Part shown: piece after piece, positions 9,181-19,015 of the stretch
Layout: each line of letters begins with the position of its first letter
Position numbering within the stretch: position 1 is the first letter of the stretch
Sequence record: SRR20825006_1663
Length of the DNA stretch: 36,076 nt
Strand: one strand, 5' to 3'
Notes under the pieces: model-generated
Told to the model about the DNA's origin: nothing
What the model saw: only the letters and a program-made list of their open reading frames with translations
The model's database searches: none
Made by a program: the position numbers and the translations under genes

Positions 9181-10233
9181 ATGGAGCCTTCGACCCAACC
9201 GCAATTTCGTTTTGCTCGCCGGATCGCGATGACGACTGCCTTTGTGCTGATCGGATGGACGCAATCCGTGACCGCGCAGGTCATCGAAGAACAAACCATT
9301 CAGTCCGCGACAGCGGTTTTGAATGAAACCATGTCGACGCCGCTGAGCCAAATCCCCGCACAAATGTTGCAGGACTGCCACGGGGTTGCGATCGTTCCCA
9401 ATGTGATCAAGGGCAGCTTCATCGTCGGGGCTCGCCACGGCAAAGGACTGCTATTCATCCGCGATCCCGATGGAACTTGGCACGCCCCCGTGTTCATCAC
9501 GCTGACGGGCGGCAATGTCGGCTGGCAAGTCGGCGTGCAGGCTTCCGACATCATCTTGGTATTCAAAACAGCGCGCAGTGTGCAAGGCATCTTGTCGGGC
9601 AAACTCACGCTGGGCGGTGACGCATCCGCGGCAGCGGGCCCGGTCGGACGTCAAGCTGCCGTTGCCACCGATGGGCAATTGCAAGCGGAGATCTACACCT
9701 ACTCTCGCAGCCGCGGCCTATTCGCGGGCGTCTCGATTGATGGAACGGTGCTTCGAGTCGATCAAGTCGCGACGGGTATGTACTACCAAAGCCCCGCTCC
9801 CGGCCAACCGGTCGTGATCCCACCTTCGGCGGCCCAACTGACGCAGGCCATCGCACGCTATGCGGACCAACAGGCCCAGGTCACTCCGCCGGAACCACAA
9901 TCCCAGTTCGCTCAACAATACCGAAGTGATCGACCAGCGGTGTTGCAGGATCAGTTGCTGCAGATCGCTCCGGAGCTTTTCAAGCTATTGGATCCTCAAT
10001 GGACCGCTCACCTGGCACTGCCACTGTCCGCCAACCCGAATGAAGCCCCTGATCCAAAGGCGTTGGCAGCCACCGTCGCACGCTATGACCAAGTCGCTCA
10101 AGACCCACAGTATGCTTCCTTAGCAGGACGTCCTGAGTTTCAATCCGTCTACAGTCTGTTGAAGCACTATCAACACGCGCTGACCCCCAACGCCCAAACG
10201 ATCCAGCTTCCACCACCACCGGGCACTCGTTGA
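9181..10233 (+). CDS. Lipid-binding SYLF (Ysc84/DUF500) domain protein with Pro/Gln-rich C-terminal extension
   Basis: GVAIVPNVIKGSFIVGARHGKG, GGNVGWQVGVQ, AAAGPVGR, YTYSRSRGLFAGVSIDG; signal peptide; aaagga upstream; alternative ATG 9172. Confidence 0.92.
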   Translation: MEPSTQPQFRFARRIAMTTAFVLIGWTQSVTAQVIEEQTIQSATAVLNETMSTPLSQIPAQMLQDCHGVAIVPNVIKGSFIVGARHGKGLLFIRDPDGTWHAPVFITLTGGNVGWQVGVQASDIILVFKTARSVQGILSGKLTLGGDASAAAGPVGRQAAVATDGQLQAEIYTYSRSRGLFAGVSIDGTVLRVDQVATGMYYQSPAPGQPVVIPPSAAQLTQAIARYADQQAQVTPPEPQSQFAQQYRSDRPAVLQDQLLQIAPELFKLLDPQWTAHLALPLSANPNEAPDPKALAATVARYDQVAQDPQYASLAGRPEFQSVYSLLKHYQHALTPNAQTIQLPPPPGTR

Positions 10234-10291
10234 TTATCCTCGAATCGATTCCATTGCCCCATCAGCCCAACATTCCTAGCGAATTTGCCGA

Positions 10292-11668
10292 ATGCGTTTC
10301 CTCCTGATCTTTCTTGCTTGTCTTCCGCTGACCGTTTCAACTGCCAACGATTCGCGGCCGAACATCGTTTTGATCATGGCCGACGACATCGGCATCGAAG
10401 GGCTAGGATGTTACGGCGGGGTCTCTTACGACACGCCAGCCCTGGATCAGTTGGCCAGCGATGGAGTCCGGTTCACCCACGCGTATTCGCAACCGCTGTG
10501 CACCCCGACTCGTGTTCAACTGATGTCGGGCAAGTACAACCATCGCAACTGGAAGACGTTTGGAATCCTTGACCCGAATGTGAAGACCTTTGGTCATCGC
10601 ATGAAGGAAGAGGGCTACGCCACGGCGATCTTCGGCAAGTGGCAATTGCAATCTTACGACCCGCCGGGTTACCCCGGTGCCGATGAACGTCGCGGAACGG
10701 GCATGCATCCCAAGGATGCGGGCTTCGACCAGTATGCATTGTTCCATGCATTGCACACCGAAGACAAAGGCTCGCGTTACGCCAACCCAACCATGCTGGA
10801 AGGCGAAGCAGGGCAGGGCGGTGAGCTGAAAACTTACCCCGGACAGTTTGGAGAAGACATCTGGGTCAAGAAGACGATCGACTTCCTCAAACGGGATCGC
10901 AATGAACCCGCCTTCGTTTACTACCCCGTGGCGTTGCCGCACTGGCCGTTTGTCTCAACGCCAATCAGCGACGACTGGGATCCATCCCAACCGGTCGTGG
11001 AGCAACTGAAGTATTTCAAAGACATGGTCGAGTACATGGACGTTGCGGTTGGGAATCTGATTCAGGGGCTGCAGTCAAATGGTTTGCGAGAAAACACGGT
11101 CGTTATCTTTTACGGTGACAACGGCACTCATCTGAAAGTCGTCTCCGAACTCTCCGATGGACGTTCGATCCAAGGAGGAAAAGGCCTGACCAAACAGACC
11201 GGCATCCATGTCCCCTTGATCGTTTCGTGGCCTGGGCATATCCAGCCCAATGTGAGCGACAAACTGATCGACGCCTCCGATTTTTATCCGACGTTGGTTG
11301 AACTGGCAGGCGGCAAAGTGGCGGAAGACCCAACCATGGACGGAGTCAGCTTCGCGCCGGACTTGTTTGGTAAGCAGGGCCAGGAAAAAGATTCCTTGTT
11401 CTTTTGGTACGACCCTCGTCCCGGCGAAGACAAATCGCAGTTCACTCGCGAAGTCTTCGCACTCAATCGGACTCACAAGTACTTTCGCGACGGCCGTCTG
11501 TTTCGTTTGACAGATCGTCCACTAGAAGAAATCGCGATCGACCGAGACCAAGCCACCGCCGAAGACAAAGCTGCGATGAAAGAACTGCAGCAGCGGATCG
11601 CCGATGCGATGGCGGGAGTCGACGAACCACCTTTGCTCGATGCGACCGGTCAACCGATCTCAAACTGA
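10292..11668 (+). CDS. Sulfatase (arylsulfatase-like S1), secreted
   Basis: RPNIVLIMADD, CTPTRVQLMSG, GKWQL, GDNGT, GIHVPLIVSWPG. Confidence 0.93.
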   Translation: MRFLLIFLACLPLTVSTANDSRPNIVLIMADDIGIEGLGCYGGVSYDTPALDQLASDGVRFTHAYSQPLCTPTRVQLMSGKYNHRNWKTFGILDPNVKTFGHRMKEEGYATAIFGKWQLQSYDPPGYPGADERRGTGMHPKDAGFDQYALFHALHTEDKGSRYANPTMLEGEAGQGGELKTYPGQFGEDIWVKKTIDFLKRDRNEPAFVYYPVALPHWPFVSTPISDDWDPSQPVVEQLKYFKDMVEYMDVAVGNLIQGLQSNGLRENTVVIFYGDNGTHLKVVSELSDGRSIQGGKGLTKQTGIHVPLIVSWPGHIQPNVSDKLIDASDFYPTLVELAGGKVAEDPTMDGVSFAPDLFGKQGQEKDSLFFWYDPRPGEDKSQFTREVFALNRTHKYFRDGRLFRLTDRPLEEIAIDRDQATAEDKAAMKELQQRIADAMAGVDEPPLLDATGQPISN

Positions 11669-11737
11669 ATGGTTCCATCACCTGATGTTGTGATCATGAA
11701 TCAATCATTTGGCATGGCGATCGCCAAACATCCCTCA

Positions 11738-12562
11738 TCAAGTGACGCGGTGGTTCGCCCGAAACTTTCTGGGGGAACAACCACACGCCTTTCGAAACAC
11801 TTCGTTGAACCGGCTCAGACTTTGAAACCCTGATGCCAAGCTGACATCGAGCACCGATCGATTGGTCGTGACAAGCAACCGCTGGGCTTCCGACAAGCGA
11901 TGCTGAGTGATGAAGCTGGTAATCGAGATACCGAACGTCTTTCGAAACAAAGTCATGGCATAGTTCGGATGCAGGTCGACCGCATTGGTGATCGTCTCGG
12001 AAGTCAGTGGCTGATGAAAATGGCGAGCGATGTAGCACGCCAACTGATCGGCGCTGGACAAGTCCTCCATCGGCTCCCCTGTTCCACCAATGGACTTGTC
12101 TTGAGCAAAACGGAGCAGACGAGCCTGTATCTCAAGCTGTGCGGCACGAGCGAGTGCGGGGTCCTGGCTCGCCAAATCAGACTCCCATCTTTGAAAAGAC
12201 GCTGAGTCCCGCTCGTCCTGAACGGAGCTGATCAACACCTCGCCCTGCAGCGTTCGGTTCACGATATCAGCGTCGATCCCCGATCGCATGAATTCGTTCA
12301 GTGGCAGTGTCACCACAAAGTAAGGATCGTCCCCGTCAAACTCGACGATCTGATGAGGAACGGCTGCCCAAAACAAACCCATCTGCCCTGCATGAATGGT
12401 GTCCCGGTGTCCGCCCACCAAGTACGTCAGCGACCCGGACGCAAGGAAATTTACTTCGATTTCGCTGTGGCGATCGGCACGCGGCATCGCCACAGGCGTC
12501 CACCTTTCACAGGTGAATCCGTAAGGAGCGAACTCGGGACGCGTCGTATCAAACTGCTTCAT
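11738..12562 (-). CDS. AraC family transcriptional regulator (MelR-like, cupin + HTH)
   Basis: HSEIEVN cupin, FWAAVPHQ, LHPNYAMTLFRK, GFQSLSRFNEVFRK..GCSPR; ORF open to 12595. Confidence 0.93.
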   Translation of the reverse strand: MKQFDTTRPEFAPYGFTCERWTPVAMPRADRHSEIEVNFLASGSLTYLVGGHRDTIHAGQMGLFWAAVPHQIVEFDGDDPYFVVTLPLNEFMRSGIDADIVNRTLQGEVLISSVQDERDSASFQRWESDLASQDPALARAAQLEIQARLLRFAQDKSIGGTGEPMEDLSSADQLACYIARHFHQPLTSETITNAVDLHPNYAMTLFRKTFGISITSFITQHRLSEAQRLLVTTNRSVLDVSLASGFQSLSRFNEVFRKACGCSPRKFRANHRVT

Positions 12563-12730
12563 CGACCTTAGAATTCCGTTACTTATCCGCTGCAAACGAG
12601 AAGACTCTCGGAAGAACGAAGCTTAGTCTAATCCCATTAGGTACGACCAAGCAGTACGAACAGCCTGTCAAATTGCGGCTGCTGCGGCAGCAACTTCGTT
12701 GCTCAACAAACTCGTTTTTGAACGCCCCAC

Positions 12731-14314
12731 ATGATTCAACTATCTCGAAAAGCATCTCTCGCCTGCCTCTCGGTTCTGTTGATGTTCGCGATGGATGCTT
12801 CCCTCCCAGCGAACACGGCGGGTTCCGAGATTGAATTTGGTGGCGATGCAACAGGTCAGGCAGCAGACGGCAAAACGGCCTCACCCAAGACTCAACCATC
12901 GGGAACCAATCGCACCACAACCGTCGCTCTCGGCGTGCCGAAGCAGTCAAAAGCGAAGAAGAAACCACGGGTGCTGGTCACCAGCGATGGCGAGATCGAC
13001 GACCAGTGTTCGCTGGTGCGGTTTCTACTTTACGCCAATGAGTGGGACATCGAAGGAATCATCACGTCGAGTTCCCAGTATCACGCCCACGGTCACAGAT
13101 GGCCTGGCGATGATTGGGTGCAACCATTCTTGGCGGCTTACTCAAAGATCTATCCAAACCTGGTCCAGCATGACCCGGAATACCCAACCACCGAGTTTCT
13201 TCAATCACGCACGCTGCTTGGCAACGTGCGAACAGAAGGTGAGATGGATGAAATCACGCCCGGATCGCAACACATCGTGAAGGTGTTGTTAGACGAAACG
13301 GACGACCGACCGATTTGGATTCAAGCCTGGGGCGGAACGAACACGATCGCTCGCGCCCTGAAAACGATCGAGTTGGACCATCCTGACAAAATGGAATCCG
13401 TGGCAAACAAGATTCGGTTCTTTTTCATCTGGGAACAAGACACCACGTACCAGTCCTACATTCGACCGCACTGGGGCAAGTACAACATTCCAACGATCAT
13501 CTCCGATCAGTTCATCGCGATCTTTTACCGCTGGAAGAAATACCTTCCCGCTGAGCAGCAGTCATTCCTGTCCGGCTCGTGGATGCAGCCCAACATTTTG
13601 AAAGACCACGGTCCTTTGTGCGCGTTGTACCCAGCTCACACGGGAGACGACAAAGGTTTCGACACTGGCGATTTTCGTTCCGAAGGTGACTCCCCCGCCT
13701 TCCTGCATACGATTCCGGTTGGACTTCGCAGCATGGAATCACCGGGCTGGGGCGGTTGGGGAGGCCGGTACGTCAAAGTCCGCGAGAACACTTGGTTGGA
13801 TCCCGTCGCGGATGCGAATTACCGCTATCCCGATGGTCGCTGGTACGGAAACTCAGCCTGGGGACGTTCGCGGCTTCGTGAGAACAGGCCAAACGATACG
13901 GAACTCACTCAGTACGTCAAACCCATTTGGCGATGGATGGAAGCGATGCAAAACGACTTTGCCTCCCGAGCAGATTGGTGCGTCAAGTCTTTTGCCGAAG
14001 CCAACCATCCGCCCATGGTCAAACTTGCGATGCCACTCGACTTGCAGGTTCAAGCCGGCAATGAAGTGAGTTTGAGTGCACATGGATCGAGTGATCCCGA
14101 CGGAGATCAACTGAGCTACCGTTGGTGGCACTACCAAGAAGCGGGCTCCTTCCCACACACCATCCAGATCCGTGATGCCGCCCAACAAGACGCCTCGTTC
14201 AGCGTGCCTGAGTCGGCTCGGCAAGGCGAAACCATTCATCTGATCTGTGAAATCACCGACAATGGGACGCCCGCACTGACTCGCTACCAACGCGTTGTCA
14301 TCCAAGTCAAATGA
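12731..14314 (+). CDS. DUF1593 (nucleoside hydrolase-like) protein with C-terminal PKD/REJ-like domain, secreted
   Basis: RVLVTSDGEIDD..SLVRFLLYANEWDIEG, WGGTNT, EGDSPAFL, WGGWGGRY, QNDFASRADW, ANHPP, SSDPDGD. Confidence 0.9.
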   Translation: MIQLSRKASLACLSVLLMFAMDASLPANTAGSEIEFGGDATGQAADGKTASPKTQPSGTNRTTTVALGVPKQSKAKKKPRVLVTSDGEIDDQCSLVRFLLYANEWDIEGIITSSSQYHAHGHRWPGDDWVQPFLAAYSKIYPNLVQHDPEYPTTEFLQSRTLLGNVRTEGEMDEITPGSQHIVKVLLDETDDRPIWIQAWGGTNTIARALKTIELDHPDKMESVANKIRFFFIWEQDTTYQSYIRPHWGKYNIPTIISDQFIAIFYRWKKYLPAEQQSFLSGSWMQPNILKDHGPLCALYPAHTGDDKGFDTGDFRSEGDSPAFLHTIPVGLRSMESPGWGGWGGRYVKVRENTWLDPVADANYRYPDGRWYGNSAWGRSRLRENRPNDTELTQYVKPIWRWMEAMQNDFASRADWCVKSFAEANHPPMVKLAMPLDLQVQAGNEVSLSAHGSSDPDGDQLSYRWWHYQEAGSFPHTIQIRDAAQQDASFSVPESARQGETIHLICEITDNGTPALTRYQRVVIQVK

Positions 14315-14403
14315 CGAAGCCGCCGTTTGCTCATCGCGAAAAACGGCGGTGATCTTTCCTACCGAAGACCGCCACCTCCCCACACTTCATCAAGTCCCCA
14401 TCC

Positions 14404-15771
14404 ATGACTCGTCCTTTCCTCAATGTGATCGCCATCGTTGGCATCCTGTTCATCGCCGCGGATGCTTCCGCACAGAAACCTTTGGCCTTTCCGACCGCAG
14501 AAGGATACGGAAAGTACACGACGGGCGGTCGCGGTGGCCAAGTGTTCGAAGTGACCAACCTCAACGATTCCGGTGAAGGCAGCCTGCGGGCCGCGGTGGA
14601 GGCGAAAGGACCGCGAACAGTCGTCTTCCGAGTGTCCGGAACCATCAAGCTGAACAGCGACCTGCGAATCAAAAATCCGAACATCACCATCGCTGGCCAA
14701 ACCGCCCCTGGAGACGGAATCTGCCTCCGAGGTTACCCGCTGATGATCAGCGCTGACGAAGTGATCATCCGATACATCCGCGTCCGATTCGGCGATGAAT
14801 CGGGGAAAGACGCCGACGCGATCTCGGCCAGGTACGTCAAGAACTTGATCCTCGATCATGTGTCGGCCAGTTGGAGCGTTGACGAAACGATGTCCATCTA
14901 CCACTGCGAAAACGTCACGGTCCAGTGGTGCATGATCACAGAGAGTTTGTTCGACTCCAACCATTCCAAAAGCAACCACGGTTTCGGCGGCATTTGGGGA
15001 TCCAACCACAGCACTTACCACCACAACCTGATCGCACATCATTCCAGTCGCAACCCTCGGTTCGCATCCGGATGCGGCAACACGGATTATCGCAACAACG
15101 TGGTGTACAACTGGGGCTATCGGAGTTGCTATGGAGGCGAAAAAAGACAGAACGATAAGTTCAACTTCACCAACATCAACATGGTGGCCAACTACTACAA
15201 ACCCGGCCCGGCGACGGATCCTGCCAGGGCAGCAGAACTGGCCGAACCGTCGTCTCGAGGCCCCGACGACAAAGGTCATTGGTATGTCGCCGAAAACGTG
15301 ATCGAGGGCAGTCCTTCGGTCTCAGCGGACAACTGGAGCGGTGTTCGCGGCAGCAACTTCATCCAACTTGACCAGCCCTGGGAAGCGATGCCAATCAACC
15401 AACAAACCGCTGAAGAAGCATTCGAGGCCGTTCTTCAGCATGCAGGAGCGTCCTGGCCCAAACGCGATCCGATCGATACGCGGATCATTCAAGAAGTTCG
15501 TGATGGAACGGCAACCTACGAAGGCGTCTACAAAACCAAGAAACGCGTCAGCAGTGACACTCAAATCACGGGCATCATTGATTCGCAACAGGACGTCGGC
15601 GGCTGGCCTGAACTCAAAAACGCAACTGCGGCTCCCGATACGGACCACGACGGCATCCCCAATGCATGGGAAGCGGAGCATGGCATGGACCCGAACGATG
15701 CCAGCGACGGAAACCAAACCGGCAACGACGGATACACCATGTTGGAACAATACATCAACAGCATCCCGTAA
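14404..15771 (+). CDS. Pectate lyase (PL1, AFPxAEG type), secreted
   Basis: LAFPTAEGYG.YTTGGRGG, VTNLNDSGEGSLR, TIAGQTAPGDGI, DH.SASWSVDE, SRNPRF, DTDHDGIPNAWE. Confidence 0.92.
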   Translation: MTRPFLNVIAIVGILFIAADASAQKPLAFPTAEGYGKYTTGGRGGQVFEVTNLNDSGEGSLRAAVEAKGPRTVVFRVSGTIKLNSDLRIKNPNITIAGQTAPGDGICLRGYPLMISADEVIIRYIRVRFGDESGKDADAISARYVKNLILDHVSASWSVDETMSIYHCENVTVQWCMITESLFDSNHSKSNHGFGGIWGSNHSTYHHNLIAHHSSRNPRFASGCGNTDYRNNVVYNWGYRSCYGGEKRQNDKFNFTNINMVANYYKPGPATDPARAAELAEPSSRGPDDKGHWYVAENVIEGSPSVSADNWSGVRGSNFIQLDQPWEAMPINQQTAEEAFEAVLQHAGASWPKRDPIDTRIIQEVRDGTATYEGVYKTKKRVSSDTQITGIIDSQQDVGGWPELKNATAAPDTDHDGIPNAWEAEHGMDPNDASDGNQTGNDGYTMLEQYINSIP

Positions 15772-15786
15772 ACGCTTCCAACCAGC

Positions 15787-17859
15787 ATGCTTGTGACGCA
15801 TTCATTCTACCTCGCCAACGCCGTTGGCATCGGACAACGCATCATGCGAATCGCTTGCAACATCCTTGCAATCCACGTTGGCATCTGTCTGTGCGTCTGC
15901 AATGCCAACGCTCAGCCGACCGCGTCTCCTCCTTTTCGCTCTGTTGAACCAGTCGCGGTTGGGGACGTGAAATGGACCGACGGTTTCTGGGCCCAATGCC
16001 TGGAGACTTGTCGTGAAAAGACGATCCCAGCGATGTGGGAGATCATGCGTGGCACCCAGTACAAGCCTTATCTGGAACATTTCCGCATCGCGGCCGGGTT
16101 GGCAGAAGGCAGGTACCGCGGGGCGTCGTTCAACGACGGTGACTTCTACAAGTGGATGGAGGCAGTTTGCTTGCTTCAAGCCGTCGACAAGGATCATGTC
16201 TGGGACCAACGACTCAATGAAATCATCAGGGTCATTGGCAAAGCACAACGAAGCGATGGTTACCTCCACACACCTGTCCTGATCGCAAACCGAAATGGCG
16301 ATGACAGTGTCCAACCATTTGGCGATCGCTTCAACTTCGAGATGTACAACATGGGGCACCTGATGACCGCGGCATGCGTCCACCATCAGGTGACCGGCAA
16401 GGACAGCTTGCTCCGCATCGCACAACGCGCCGCTGACTTTCTCGACGATGCCTACCGCAATCCAACGCCTGAACAAGCGGGACATGCGATCTGCCCATCC
16501 CACTACATGGCATTGCTCGATCTGTATCGCACCACCGGAGAAGCCCGTTACTTGGATCTCGCGAAGCGACTGGTCAAAATGCGTGACCTGACGGTCGACG
16601 GGGGAGACGACAACCAAGATCGCATGCCGTTCACGCAACAAACCGAAGCGGTCGGCCACGCGGTGCGAGCCACCTATCTCTACGCGGGAATCGCTGACCT
16701 CTACGCGGAAACCGGCGACGATGCCTTGTGGTCGTCTCTGGAAAAGATCTGGCAGAACGTGGTCCACCAAAAGATGTACATCACGGGCGGCTGTGGTGCC
16801 CTGCATGATGGTGCTTCTCCTGATGGATCCAAGAACCAGCGAGAAATCACTCGCGTCCACCAAGCCTTCGGCCGCAACTACCAACTCCCCAACACAACGG
16901 CACACAACGAAACCTGTGCGAACATCGGCAACGTGCTTTGGAATTGGCGGATGTTTCTTGCCAACGGCGAATCGAAACACATCGATGTCTTGGAACTTGC
17001 ACTCTACAACTCCGTTCTGTCGGGCGTCGACCTCGACGGCACAAACTTCTTCTACACCAATCCACTTCGGCAATCTGACACGGCACCAGTTGCACTGCGA
17101 TGGGGCGGAGGACGAAAGCCGTTCGTGACATCGTTCTGTTGCCCACCCAACCTGGCGAGGACGATTGCTGGTGTTGGCCAATACGCCTACGAAAAATCAG
17201 ACGACACGGTCTGGGTCAACTTGTATGGCAGCAACACGCTGGACACCCACCTCACCAACGGCGGCCGCGTTCGCATCGAACAAACCACCGACTACCCATG
17301 GGATGGTCGCATTCAAATCACCATCGCAGAGTGCCAAAACCAACCGGTGTGCTTGAAGCTGCGAATTCCTGGCTGGGCGACGACGACCACTTTGAAAATC
17401 GACGGTGTTCCAACCAAAACAACCATCAAGTCGGGCAGCTATGTTTCACTAAAACGAGCCTGGAGTCCGGGCACAGTCATCGAACTGGACTTCGCCATGC
17501 CCGCACGCCTCATCGAGTCGCATCCGCTCGTGGAAGAGACCCGCAATCACGTGGCAGTCAAACGCGGCCCAATCGTTTACTGCCTGGAATCTGTCGACCT
17601 GCCAGACGACACCTCGCTAGCGGATCTTCGAGTCCCGGAAGACGTGGATCTGACCCCACGTTTTGAGCCGGAACTTCTCGACGGAGTCACGGTTCTCGAA
17701 GGCGAGCTGAGTTTGAAGCAGAGCGGCCAATGGCGAAACCAGCTTTACCGCGAATTCAATCCGACACCGTCTTCCCCCGTTGCAGTCCAGCTCATTCCCT
17801 ATTTCGCTTGGGCCAATCGCGGGAAATCTGAAATGTCGGTGTGGCTACCGCTCGATTGA
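15787..17859 (+). CDS. GH127 glycoside hydrolase, aceric-acid-hydrolase-like variant
   Basis: DGDFYKWMEA, YNMGHL, GHAVRATYLY, HNETCA, FCCPPN, VKRGPIVYCLE, IPYFAWANRG; Gln at acid/base position; alternative ATG 15844. Confidence 0.9.
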   Translation: MLVTHSFYLANAVGIGQRIMRIACNILAIHVGICLCVCNANAQPTASPPFRSVEPVAVGDVKWTDGFWAQCLETCREKTIPAMWEIMRGTQYKPYLEHFRIAAGLAEGRYRGASFNDGDFYKWMEAVCLLQAVDKDHVWDQRLNEIIRVIGKAQRSDGYLHTPVLIANRNGDDSVQPFGDRFNFEMYNMGHLMTAACVHHQVTGKDSLLRIAQRAADFLDDAYRNPTPEQAGHAICPSHYMALLDLYRTTGEARYLDLAKRLVKMRDLTVDGGDDNQDRMPFTQQTEAVGHAVRATYLYAGIADLYAETGDDALWSSLEKIWQNVVHQKMYITGGCGALHDGASPDGSKNQREITRVHQAFGRNYQLPNTTAHNETCANIGNVLWNWRMFLANGESKHIDVLELALYNSVLSGVDLDGTNFFYTNPLRQSDTAPVALRWGGGRKPFVTSFCCPPNLARTIAGVGQYAYEKSDDTVWVNLYGSNTLDTHLTNGGRVRIEQTTDYPWDGRIQITIAECQNQPVCLKLRIPGWATTTTLKIDGVPTKTTIKSGSYVSLKRAWSPGTVIELDFAMPARLIESHPLVEETRNHVAVKRGPIVYCLESVDLPDDTSLADLRVPEDVDLTPRFEPELLDGVTVLEGELSLKQSGQWRNQLYREFNPTPSSPVAVQLIPYFAWANRGKSEMSVWLPLD

Positions 17860-17891
17860 AACTGCCCAGTGCCTCCAATTCCTATCACTCG

Positions 17892-18902
17892 ATGGCGAAC
17901 CTCAGCATGAATGACCAACCGTCCAATCCGCTATTTGCCGGACTTCTATCAATTTTCTTCGCCGCCTTCGTGTGGACGTCGCTCGCTTCCGCCGAGGAAA
18001 GTGACGCTCCCATCGGATGGGCCTCCGTCAATGGCCGTGGAGTTGAAACGACCACTGGAGGGGCAAACGGTGACATCGTGACAGCCCGCACCGCAGAGAA
18101 GTTGGCCGAGTACGCGTCCAGCCCCGAGCCACTGACCATTTTGATCGAAGGAACCATCACCGGAGACGGTCAAATCAAGATCTCGTCCAACAAAACACTG
18201 CTTGGTTTGGGAGCATCCACATCGCTTAAGAACATCGAACTGAATATGAGCGGTGTTTCGAACATCATCATTCGCAACCTCCACATCTCGGACGCTCGCG
18301 ATGCGATCGCGCTGCGTCGAACCCACCATGTGTGGGTCGATCACTGTAACCTTTCGGAATGTGGTGATGGCTTGCTCGACATCACCCACCAGTCCGACTT
18401 CGTGACCGTTTCCTGGACTCGGTTTTCGAAGCATCACAAAACGATGTTGATCAACAGCGGCACCAGCCAACCGGAAGATTCCGGCTACCTCAACACAACG
18501 ATCCATCATTGCTGGTTCGATGGTTCCGACACGCGCAACCCGCGAGTGGGCTACGGGAAGGTTCACGTGTTCAATTGCCTTTACACAAAAAATGACTACG
18601 GGATTGGATTGCACTCGCAGTGCTTGGTACTCGCCGAACGGAATCACTTTGATCAAGTGAAGCATCCGATCAAACAGATGTATCGCCCCGATCCGACCGA
18701 CATCCATCATGGATTTTGCGAGTCGGTGGAGAATGTTTTTCAGGATTGTCGAGGAGCACAGGACGACGAGGGAAAGAGCTTTCCCGCGAAAGAATTTTAC
18801 GAATACGAATCCAAGATGGATGACGTGGCCCGTGTACCGGAGATTGTCCAATCCAACGCGGGCCCCCAAGAACACATCGGGAGAACAGCGTCGCGACAGT
18901 GA
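17892..18902 (+). CDS. Pectate lyase (PL1, classical Pec_lyase_C type)
   Basis: TTGG, SNKTLLG, NIIIRNL, HVWVDH, DGLLDI, VTVSW, RNPRVGYG.VHVFN; start uncertain (17892 or 17907). Confidence 0.9.
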   Translation: MANLSMNDQPSNPLFAGLLSIFFAAFVWTSLASAEESDAPIGWASVNGRGVETTTGGANGDIVTARTAEKLAEYASSPEPLTILIEGTITGDGQIKISSNKTLLGLGASTSLKNIELNMSGVSNIIIRNLHISDARDAIALRRTHHVWVDHCNLSECGDGLLDITHQSDFVTVSWTRFSKHHKTMLINSGTSQPEDSGYLNTTIHHCWFDGSDTRNPRVGYGKVHVFNCLYTKNDYGIGLHSQCLVLAERNHFDQVKHPIKQMYRPDPTDIHHGFCESVENVFQDCRGAQDDEGKSFPAKEFYEYESKMDDVARVPEIVQSNAGPQEHIGRTASRQ

Positions 18903-18957
18903 CGAATGGATGAGAGTGAATTCTCGCGTGAAAGACCTCGGGCACATCGGAATGGGA

Positions 18958-18963
18958 TACAAT
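18958..18963 (+). promoter_or_regulatory. Candidate internal -10 element (TACAAT) for the HPS-like/dehydrogenase/isomerase genes
   Basis: tacaat about 55 bp upstream of ATG 19016 followed by a C-rich leader; no clear -35. Confidence 0.3.
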
Positions 18964-19015
18964 TCGGGCCTCCCGCCTGAACCCCACCATCCCTCCCTCC
19001 CCACGAGGCCGCGAC

